Below are positions 53,385 through 64,000 of a DNA stretch of 64,000 bases, piece after piece. This stretch comes from the human T2T-CHM13v2.0 reference genome, Homo sapiens: the NCBI RefSeq assembly GCF_009914755.1, contig NC_060929.1. One strand, written 5' to 3'. The notes beneath the pieces are model-generated. The model saw nothing but the letters and a program-made list of their open reading frames with translations. It did no database searches and had not been told where the DNA came from. Numbering within the stretch: position 1 is the first letter of the stretch; each line of letters starts with the position of its first letter. The translations under genes were made by a program, and so were the position numbers.

Positions 53385-53830
53385 CTTCTCCTACTTTCCA
53401 TCTCTCCCCTCTGGTTCACTCTGCTCCAGTCACTCTGATCTGCTGCTGCAGCAACGTTTCAGGCACATTCTTGCCTCAGGGCCTTTGCACTTGCTGTTTT
53501 CTTATCTGAAATATTTTTCCTTCAGATATCCACATAGCTTACTACCTCTTTCTTGAGATCTCTGCCCAGCTGCCCTTTACAAATGAATCCTTCCTTCACT
53601 AGCTATTAAAAGAAGACCAAACTCCTCTTTCCACCCCCATGATCTCCTACTTCTGGCACTGCCCTTCTCCCTTTATTTTTCTCTGTAGGATTCATCACTC
53701 ATTTATTGCCTGTCTTCCTCTACTCCCTCTAGGACATCAGCTGCATGAGGGCAGGTATTTCATTCTGGTCACTGATGCATCCCAGCACTTGACCCACAGG
53801 AGATACTGCACAAATACCCTGAATAAATAC
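53385..53830 (+). mobile_element. L2a 3' end
   Basis: gcctcagggcctttgcacttgctgtt, agctgcatgagggcagg, tgaataaat. Confidence 0.85.
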
Positions 53831-54592
53831 CTAGATATACAACCAAAGTTCACCTGCATGGCTGCAATACAGCTGTTTTTTGTTCTTTATGCTTTTCTGT
53901 ACTTCCCCAACATTCTACAATAAACTATGTCCCCTGCAGTCACAAATCGACATGGCTTTCACATAATGCTACTCAGTGGTCACTGTGTTGCCCTAAATGT
54001 CACTGCCTCCATGAAAGCTCACTTTATATCTACCCTACTTGCCACTGTTCCTCCTTAGAGCTCTACCACCAGCAGCACAGAGCTAATATTCCCTGGAAAC
54101 AGAGATGAGCATGTCTACGTTTCATCAAAACTGTTGGATCGAAGAGCTCACCACAGGGCCAGCCAATGAACAATTCTCCACTTATTTCATTTAAGAAAAA
54201 TACAACTTTATCACTTCTGACAATTTTACAATTGCAATGAAGGCTGAGAATTAAAGGACCCAGTATTTGCTAAAGTAGCCACGTGACTTTTTCCCCCAGT
54301 ACAGGCCAACTACAGACACTGTTTATAATGCTGGCATCAGGGAGTTAAGGGTACACTCACTTCACTGACCAAGCAAGTTTAGTTAATACATTTTTACTGA
54401 AAAAAAAAAATACATATTATTGGGTGTGGTTTCTGATTTATGTGAATCAAATATGAGTGGAGTTATATATTAAAATAATAAATACACATGGCATACTACT
54501 TCATTTTACAGTGTTTTTCCTCATTTATCACCTTCCTGAATCTTCTGAACAACTCAGTAGGGGGTGGTTTACTCTTATTCCTGTTAAGAAGT

Positions 54593-54950
54593 TGCTATGG
54601 GCTGAATGTTTGTGTCTCCCCCAGATTTTTTGTTGATACCTAACCCCCAATGTGAGGTGTCAGGAGGTAGAGTCTTCAGGAGGTGATTAGGTTGTGAGGG
54701 CACAGCCCTCATGAATGGGATTAGTGCCCTCATAAAAGAGACCCTGAAGAGACCCCGCATTCCTTCTGCCACATGAGGACACAGTGAGAAAACAGCATCT
54801 ATGAGGAATGGGCCCTCTTCAGATGATGAATCTGCCAGTGCCTGGATCTTGGACTTCCCAGCTTCCAGACAGTGAGAAATAAGTATCTGTTGTTTACAAG
54901 CCACCCAACATATGGTATTGTTGTTACCGTGGCCTGAACAGACTAAGTCA
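54593..54950 (+). mobile_element. MLT1A0-like LTR inserted in a minus-strand MIR
   Basis: TGctatgggctgaatgtttgtgtc...gactaagtCA; TSD gaagt/gaagc. Confidence 0.92.
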
Positions 54951-55664
54951 GAAGCTGAGGAAACAAAAGCACAGAAAGGCAATATGCATGCCTTTCTCAA
55001 ATATCACCAAGTCACGCAAGGGGAGCCCGCATTCAAACTCAGGACTCAGGTTGCATTAAAGGACGTCATTTCTAGTCACGAGTGATGAGCAAAGCAGCAA
55101 GGCTGGGCGTCCAAGTAATGGAGAGGCTGGGATGGGTGACTGCAAAGCATGGCATGGCCGACTGAACGCGAACTAAAGGAGCATCCAGGCTGTGAAATTG
55201 TGCTCCCGGCTCTGTCTGTGAACATTACTGTTGGACAAGTGCTGCCCAGTGAATCAGGGGATGAAAAGGCTTTCCCACTGACCTGGCACTAATGCAGGCC
55301 TCATAAGTAAATAGCACTCATCTGTGACAAGCACCGATAAATCACAGTTTAGGGCTTTCCTCTGGAAGGACTGGTGGAGATGTCCGGACTAGCATAATTC
55401 ATCATCCCAGAGAGACAGGTTAAAAGGTACATTCAATGCTATGCAGAATCTTGACACAGGCTCACACAGGTGGGAGACTGGGGACTTGGGATTTGAAGAA
55501 GCCCATGTATGGAATAGCAGAGACCTAACAGCAGGCTTCCTGAGACCAGGCTACCCAAGCCCTCCTGCAAAACGGGGAGATAGGCACAGCTAATCCCAAT
55601 GAACTGCAATGTACTTTGCTTAAAGAATTTTAGCTGGAGTGCACCTCAAGAAGGACAGACAAGA

Positions 55665-55900
55665 GTATCTATGTGTGTATATATGTACAAACACACAATA
55701 CATACATACACATGCAATAGATACATATGTGTATATGTATATAAACATAATATGTATGTATATTTTCTTTTTGCCTTTTCTTGAAGTTAAGCTTCAATTA
55801 AAGAGGGATGTATATACACACACATACATGTATGTATGCATATCTTTATGTGTGTGAATACACACATACATGTATATTTTTATACAAATAAGTGTGTATG
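55665..55900. repeat. (TA/CA/TG)n low-complexity tract
   Basis: Degenerate alternating purine-pyrimidine sequence. Confidence 0.8.
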
Positions 55901-56280
55901 TGTCTACTTATCTCCCTTTAATTAAGACTGTCCTCAGAATGCGTCTCCTTTGGAATTACTGAGTAAACTATGATTCATTCACTCCACAGCATATCATGAT
56001 ACATTAGAAAAGATGCTTCCAAAGAATCTGAAATAATGAGAATATTTTATGAAATTATAACTGAAAAAATTGGGATTTTTGTTAAGCATGCACAACAAAA
56101 ACACAGTGGAAGCAAATATAAAAAAAACTTAAGGGTAGCTACCTCTTAGTGATAAGAGACATTTCTTCCTTTATGCCTTTCTATAGCAGGCATGAATTGT
56201 TTTAACAACGATAAGTATCAGACTATGTTTTAAGGAGACTATGAGGTGTGTCTCTCTTTTGTGAGGGGAGGGGTCCCTTC

Positions 56281-56296
56281 TGGCCTAGTAGAGGGC
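56281..56296 (+). promoter_or_regulatory. Candidate CTCF motif
   Basis: tggcCTAGTAGAGGGC; one mismatch to the CCASYAGRKGGC core, in unique sequence. Confidence 0.35.
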
Positions 56297-56639
56297 CTGG
56301 CCTGCAGTGAGCATTCAAATCCTCAAGGAACAGGGTGGGGAGGTGGGACAAAGGCAGGAAGAAAGTAACGGAGAGCCTGGGGAGACATGGTAGGGCACAA
56401 ACATGAGCAGACCAAGGATTGTCAGAAGTTATCTCACTAAGATCTAGGAGGTCAGTGAATGTCTTCAATCGAGGTGCACAGGGCAGACTTCTGGCACACT
56501 TAATTTTAACAGAAGGAGGAAAATGATAGGAGAAAGTACAAATCGGGTAGGAATGGACATATTTTCATCAGAAAAGAGCGTGGTACAATTTCAAAATCTC
56601 ATCAAGACAGGAAATGTGACCATACAAACATGATTCAAA

Positions 56640-56865
56640 GGCGGTATTTTACTGTGGCCCAGAGAAGTCTGTCTCTGGAATCAGACAGACGTGGCCCCAA
56701 CCTCAGCTCACCCACCCACTAGCTGTGAAACTGTGGGCAAGTCACTCAAACTTTCTGAGCCTCATTCTTCTCACCTCTAAAACAGGAATAGTTGTATGAA
56801 GATTACGTTTAAGGTACTTTTAACAGTGCTATGTGTGCAGTGAGGACCCAGTGAATGCCAGGTGC
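56640..56865 (+). mobile_element. MIR
   Basis: tctggaatcagacagac...actagctgtgaaactgtgggcaagtcactc..tctgagcctca. Confidence 0.88.
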
Positions 56866-56959
56866 CTTTTCCTCTCACTGTGATGGGCTGACCATACCCC
56901 ACCCTGAGGGCAGGTTCTCTTGCTTTGGATACCAGAATGGGGTCTCCTGAGAGCATGTT

Positions 56960-59630
56960 TAATTTCCATTTATTTAGGATTTTGTTGATATTGTATTGAT
57001 ACTAATTTCTAATTCAATTCCAGTGTGGTCAGAGAACAAACTTCATAACATTTCAATGGTTTGAAATGTGGGTCTTATTTATGACACTGAATGGTTTCTC
57101 TTGGCAAATGTTCCACAAGCACTTATTAAAAATAAGTACATTCTTCTTTTGGGTGAACTGTTCCACAAAAATCAATTAGGTCAAGATGGTTGATTGCATT
57201 TTTAAGATCTTCTGTATTCTTACTAATTTTTAATCTGATTGTCCATCAATTGCTGAGAGAGGAGTGTTGAAATCTCCAGCTACAAGAGAGAATCTGTTTA
57301 TTTCTTCCTATACTTGTCTGGTTTTGTTCAAATAATTTGAAGTTCTGTTACTAGGTACATACATATTGATGACTGTTAGGTTTTCTGGGTGAACTGACTC
57401 TTTTATTCTTATGAAGTACCTCTCTTTATCTGTGTTAATATGCCTTCTTTTAAGGTCTATTATCTGATATTACTATTGTCACTCAAGTTTTCTTATTTTT
57501 ATAGTTTGCATGGTATATATTTCTCCACCTTTTAATTTTCAACCTACCCATTTCTCTATATTTCAAGTAAGCCTCTTGTAGACAACATTTAGGTGTCCTC
57601 CCTTTCAATCCAGTCTGACAATTTCTGATTTTTACATGAATGTTTATTTACATCTAATATAATCATTGAGATGGTTGTATTCAGGTCTGACATATTCCTA
57701 TTTGTTTTCTATTTGTTCCATCTGTTCTAATTCTCATCTCCTTTCTTCATTTAATCGAATATTTTTAGCATACCATTTTAATTCTTATACTGTCTATTTT
57801 GGCTACATCTTTTACTATTTTTAGTAACTGATATGATGATCACAATATGTATCCTTAATTAAAACAGTCTAGGCAGAGTTCCTGTTGTACTACTTAATGT
57901 AGGAAACACAATCATTCTATTTATCCCCTCCCCACATCCTGTTCCTACAGGCTATTGCTGATGTTCATATATATGAATACACTTGCACATATTACATAAT
58001 ATATGTTGGGTTTATACGCTATACCCCTTACAAATCCAATAAAGTTTTTTAAGTTTTTGATCCAAATTACTGTCTTTTAAATAAACTGAGAAGAAAAATA
58101 TATACATATATAGTCCTGTATACATTTATATTTATATATAAATTTATGTTTACATATAAAATACATATATTTCATTCATTCCTGTAGATTCATGTTGCCA
58201 TCTGGTACAACTGCCTTTTAGCCTGAAGAACTTCCTTTAGCATATCATACAGTATAGTTTTGCTGGTGAAAAATTTTCTGCTTTTATCTGAAAATATTTT
58301 ACCTTCATTTTTGATGAATATTTTTGCATAATGCAGATTTAAGAGTTGACAGGTTTTAATGTTCTAAATAAATTTAAATTTAAAATATTTTGTTCCATTG
58401 TTATCTGGTCTCCATTATTTCTAATAAAGAGTCAGGTTTTTAAAATATCATTATTCTCACTATAAATAATGTATCTTTCTGCCCTCTCTGGCTGCTTTAA
58501 AACTTTCTCTTTCTTTTGGTTCTTAGCATTTTGGCTATAATATACCTAAGTGCAGATTTCTTTGTATATATCCTTCTTTGAGTTTGCTGAGCTTGCTGTA
58601 TCTATAAATTAATGTTCTCACCAGTTTTAGGAAATGTTAGGCCATTATTTCTTCAAATATTTTTCCTGTCCGACTTTCCTCTTCTTTCTCTGGGATTCCT
58701 ATTACACATATATTAGACCACTTTATATTGTCCTGGAGGACCCTGATACTCTGTTGACTTTTTTCCTACTTTTTTCTCTTTTTCAGATTGGGTAAGTTTT
58801 TATTGATGTAAGTCTAGATTCAGTGACTTTTTCTTCTGCCATTTCCAAACTACTCTGGACTCCATCTGATAAAATTTTCATTTCAGATAGAATTTTCATT
58901 TTTAAAATAGTTTCCATTTTTCTGCTCAGAATCCCCAATTTGCGTATTATGTCTCCATTTCCTTTAGGTCTCTGAACATATTTATAACATGGTTTTGAAG
59001 TACTTGTCTCCTAATTCTCACATCTGGATCATTTCAGGGTCAGTTTCATCTAATTGTCTAATAACCATGACCTAGACACTCCTGTTTCTTCACATACCTA
59101 GCGATTTGTATTGTATAGAACATACTGTTGGCCACAAAGAGTCTCTAGGTTCTTTTATCTTTCTTTTAAAATAATTTTTATTTTTATGTTCCAATAGGCA
59201 GTTAATGTGGCTAGACTCCAAGTCCAAACTGTCTCCCCTGCAATGAGTCACAGCTGAAACTGCTCAGTTCTTCCAGACTTTTCCTGTTGCTTTTTGCTGG
59301 AAACCTTGGAGTCTCACCCATTCATGTGAGTTCAGAGGGCCGCCAATAACTTGGGTAGAGTTTACAATGATTTTAGTGCTCCCCCTTCTGTGGTTCCGTC
59401 CTTTCTGAAATGTCTTCCCTCCCTTTCCAGTTGTTCTAGCAGTTCTTAACTGCCTCCTCCAATTCTGAAACCCAGTTGTAACACAGCTCTCAGCTGTGAC
59501 CTCCAGCAGCTCCGTGCCACAGTGAATGGAGGGCACCCTCACACAGAAAGCCCCATGAACACAGATTGTACCAAGTGCAGCTCTCTTCTCACAAGGGTCC
59601 ATTCCCTCCCAGGTTCTGGTGGCCACTGGG
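56960..59630 (-). mobile_element. Ancient L1M 5' half (5' region, ORF1, spacer, ORF2 endonuclease part), decayed
   Basis: aattccagtgtggtcagagaaca, tgagagaggagtgttgaaatctccagcta, gcctgaagaacttcctttagcat, gccattatttcttcaaatattttt. Confidence 0.88.
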
Positions 59631-60944
59631 TTTTTTTCCTCAAACAGAAGAGGCTTCTTTAGGAGTCTAGTCTAAGACCATGTGGTCTTAATAAAGGAAG
59701 AGGCTCATCCTTAGCCAAACAGGGAAGAAACAGAGACATCCCTGGGAATCTTCTAGTCTCTTAACTGACCCCTTAGTCTCTTTGTCTATGCCTCCATTGG
59801 AATTAAGAATTCTTTTACAGCCTTGGAGCTCCCAGTAGGAATGCCCAGGACCTATAGAGGGACCTCCTCCACCTTCCCAGGAAAGGGGGAATGCCTCTGC
59901 TATACTCACACCTGCAGGATCTTCTCCTCCAGCCTGGACAAAGAGCAGATCCCAGTAGATGCCTGTGGCTGTCCTGGACCTATTTGTCACTGATATTACT
60001 CAAAGCAGCTTACCAACTGAGAGGCATCATGACAATAATATTTGTGAAACTGGGGAAGCCACAGGGAAACTATTTTTGGGCAGGATGCAGGTAGTACCAT
60101 ATTCTGCCAACACCAGTTGTGAACTCCTTCAGAAGCATGAACAGCTCCATATAAACCTTCCTTCCAACTCCACCAACAGTTCCCCTTGGCCTACTCTAGA
60201 ACAGTCAGTCAATACTAAAGCAGTATCTTTGCATCTCCTGTTTCTAGGGTATGAACTCCGGTTGTGATCTTCAGGAACTACCAGCAAACATACTCATTAA
60301 GCATTTCGCCTCCTTTTTTTTTTTTTTTTTTTTTGAGTATGTTCTCATTTTGGGCAAGGACTACTCAGGGCGCAGAAGGAAGAACAATGACACAGTTTAC
60401 TCAACTAATATTGGCAAGGTGATTCCATGCCTTACAAAATTTCCTGTACACAAGCAGAGACAATTTACAGAATAATGAAAAGCAAGCTGATTTCAGGTTT
60501 TCTATTTTAACAACTCCAGATACACAAATTTTCTCTAAACAGTACTGCTTCAGAGTCATCAATGAATAATTTAAATACTGGGAGGATGGCAAGAGCTGTG
60601 AGTATGATGACTGACATCCACGAGCCCACTCCAGGTGGCCCATAATGCTGAGGGTCATGGCGCTTCTAAAACAATGTGCTTTCAACCATTATAAAATGAA
60701 ATTGGTTCTTGAAGAGGCATCTTATAAACAGCCTGAACTTACTGCCAAATAATATTGCAGAACCTATAAACAGTTGTCCAGAAATTCAGGCTGGTCCACT
60801 CCACAGAAACGAGACGTTTTAGAATCAGAATGTAAAGGGAAAGAGAAAATCAAATTAGATATTAAATAGTTTTGAATGATAAATTGTAGGAGAACATGCA
60901 TATTGTAGGAGATTCCTTTGCTTTACATGAGGAATTAACATTGA

Positions 60945-61322
<378 letters not shown>

Positions 61323-61629
61323 TTAAAAGCCTAACCCAATTATATTTCTTCTCCCATGGAAATAAACATATATACACATACATATACGTTATAAATAATT
61401 TCAGGAGTAAGGTACACCTTCTAAAACGTCCTTGAACTCTGCATCCACGAGGACTTCCGGACTCAACGTTAAGAAACTCAAAATAGTGCATCTTTTGCTT
61501 CCCACTGCTGTCTCAGTCTTTGGGGAGTTATAAGGCTGGGGTTGTTCCATTCATTTCCACAATAGTATTTTCAGATCTGGAACAGGTACAGGGCTGGCAC
61601 AAAGTAGGGACTCAATACATACTAGCAGT

Positions 61630-62190
61630 ATATTTTATTATTTAATCTTCATGAGAATCCTTCTGAGGAAGGTAATATCATTTCCATCTTACAAAACCAG
61701 CTCAGAGAGGTTTAGTACTTGGCTGAGACACACAGCTAGTGAGGAGTGCAAACTGAATTGGAAGAATCACAGGACTCTGATTTTAAAGTGTGCACTTTTT
61801 TAAGGCTTTTTGTGCCTCTGGGGTTATTGTACAAAGAGGCAAGCATTTTTGAGTGGGGGTTCCTTTGTGACTAGATTAATGATGTATATGTAGAAAAAAG
61901 AGACATTAAGTAACAATGATTTACAGAATGCCTATGACATGTGATATGTCAGACCCTCTTGGGAAAGCGAGACCTATAAGATGTGGGGAGGGGTTCCCAC
62001 TGTTCAAGCACCTGCTACTTGGGAGGCAAGATACTAGATGCCTCACATACATTTTCTTATTGAATGCTTATGATTATTCTATGTGATAAGTCTCTGTAGC
62101 CTTAACTCAGAGCTCAGTGAAGATAAGTAATCTTCACACATAGACACACAGATTTTAAGTGGCAGAACCAGGATTTGGACTCATTTTTGC
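61630..62190 (-). mobile_element. Two MIR remnants (~61630-61800 and ~62030-62190)
   Basis: gctcagagaggtttagtacttggctgagacacacagctagt; aagtggcagaaccaggatttggactc. Confidence 0.7.
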
Positions 62191-63439
62191 GTTTGCTATT
62201 AACAAGTAATTACAGCGATTGAGAATCAGGTCATAGCATGGTCAACCGATGACAGAGGATCAATGTATTCAGCAGACACATAGGCTGTGTTTAGTACTTG
62301 TCCCAAGAGGAAAGGAGCAGGCACTGGGTGGAGAACAACAATGCCTGGTTGAGAAGGCAGGCAAGGCTTCAGGAGGAGGGGAGGTTTGGTTTGGTTCCTA
62401 GGGAACCTAGGAGTGGGCTCCTGAAGCAGGTGGTGAGGACAAAGGCCTGGAGACCAGGCTGGGGCAGCCAGGAGGGGCCCACAGAGAAGGCGTGTGACGC
62501 CTGGGACCCTGAGCAGGAATTCCAGCAACTCTTTGCCCTTCTCCTTTCTTTGTACACACTCCCTTTTCCTGTGGGCTCCCTGCTGTCCTTCTCCTTGTGC
62601 CAGGAACCGGTTTGGAAAGCCATCCCCCTTAGGAGTCTCTCAGTGTTGCAGAGAAGAAAGAAAGATGGTGATGACGTAGGCATCCTTCACTTCACACTGA
62701 AAATCTATCTACTTTTAGATGACTTTTTCCCCAAAATGCAATGGGTTTTTTTTTTTTTTTTTGGTTCTGTTATAAAAGCAATTCCTACTCATTACAGAAG
62801 AATCAAATTCTTTAGAAAAGCACAAAGAAGGGGGAAAAAATCCACCACCTCATCACCTGGAGAAAACCACAGTCAAAATTTTACATCCATAAGAAACGAG
62901 GTTTTGATGTTCAAAGGCTTGAACCCACATGTAATACTCAAGGTAGGGAAAGGAGCAATGTTCTGTTTATCTCTGCATTCCCACAGCACCTGACCGAGGC
63001 CCTGGAACACACAGGCTTGCCAATAAACCTGTGTAAACAGCAGCTCACAAGCCCTGCCCCAGCTGCTTTTCCTCTCAGGCTTCCAGAAGGCCCTCAAATG
63101 AAGGGCATATGCTTTGCCAAGTTTATCAGTTTGAAGTGTGCCAGCTGAAATGTAAGCTGAGTTGTGCGGGGCGGGGGGACAGGAACTGCAGAGTGTGTGG
63201 GGCAGTCAGGAATAGGATTTTTATGGGAAGAGGAAATTAAGAATGTGCCACAGAAGGTGCCCTGGTGAGGTCTGCAACATGGGAAACCAGCAGGTTTGGT
63301 AAGGGAGGCAGCTTCCCCCCACTGGGTGAGCAAAGCAGATTGTCTTTTCAATTGAGGAGCAAGACCCCCTGCTGCTCTGGACCAGTGGCCCATGTACCAT
63401 GTGAATACCACCAGAAGGGCCTCTCTACAGAGAGGAGAG

Positions 63440-63560
63440 TGGATGCACTGCCCAGGCTCTACCGTGAGTGGCTGTGTGACATCAACAAGTCACTTAATCT
63501 GTGTCTCAGCTTCCTCTTCTGCCAGTGGGGGCTGTGACTGCACCTACTTTGTATGTTCGG
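63440..63560 (+). mobile_element. MIR fragment
   Basis: ggctgtgtgacatcaacaagtcacttaatctgtgtctcagcttcctc. Confidence 0.7.
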
Positions 63561-63570
63561 CAGGGGAGAG

Positions 63571-64000
63571 TGCATCAGCTTCCTAGGGTGGCTTTAACAA
63601 AGTACCATAAACTGGGGGCTTAAACCGCACAAACTTAGTCTCTCAGTTTCGGAGGCTGGAAATCCAAAACCAAAGCGTTGGCAGAGCCACATTCCCTCTG
63701 AAAGCTGTAGGGGAGAACCCTCCCCTGCCCCTTCCTAGCTTCAACTATTAATTTACCCATAGCTTCAATTACACTCATCATTCCAATTTTATTAACCACC
63801 CTCGAATTTGCTGTAGCCCTTATTCAGGCTTATGTCTTTACACTGTTAGTAAACTCTCTCCTTACATAACACATAATGACCCACCAAACTCATGCTTATC
63901 CCATGATAAGCATCTAGTGGTTGTCGGCCACCCTGGGTGTTTGCCTGAAGGCAGTACTTCACCCTCTGCCTTGAACGGCACTCTCACCCCGTGTGTCTGT
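63571..64000 (-). mobile_element. MLT1C-like MaLR LTR interrupted by the NUMT; runs off the window
   Basis: taacaaagtaccataaactgggggcttaaa...cttcctagcttc [insert] tagtggttgtcggc...gtgtgtctgt. Confidence 0.85.
63741..63904 (+). pseudogene. NUMT: mitochondrial ATP6 3' end plus COX3 5' start
   Basis: Reads STINLP.ASITLIIPILLTTLEFAVALIQAYVFTLLV, then the overlapping TAATG junction (63874-63878) and MTHQTHAY. Small indels near the ATP6 end. Confidence 0.93.

Noticed and set aside
62298-62993. 231-aa ORF, longest in the track
   Set aside because: Non-ATG start, runs through a poly(T) and an L1ME-like remnant, no recognisable homology, antisense to SPOCK1

Overview
Human (primate) genomic DNA, almost entirely intronic and rich in old repeats (MIR, L2, L1ME, MaLR LTRs, hAT/MER elements, Alu). 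A 46-nt minus-strand coding exon at 25689-25734 (DDYFRNWNPNKPFDQ-A) identifies the host gene as SPOCK1 (testican-1, 5q31). The window covers parts of the two large introns around this exon (exon 3 by my recollection of the numbering). Features missed by the ORF track: (1) a 9-nt in-frame 'EVE' microexon at 32081-32089 with neural-microexon hallmarks, a nearby candidate poison exon and a bracketing inverted Alu pair; (2) an old mitochondrial ATP6/COX3 insertion (NUMT) inside an MLT1 LTR with a fold-back junction; (3) an L1PA with an apparent 3' transduction; (4) nested L1ME>AluJ>THE1 insertions. No ORF in the track is a credible gene. I see no evidence of a new multi-gene system. Repeat subfamily calls and boundaries are by eye and approximate.
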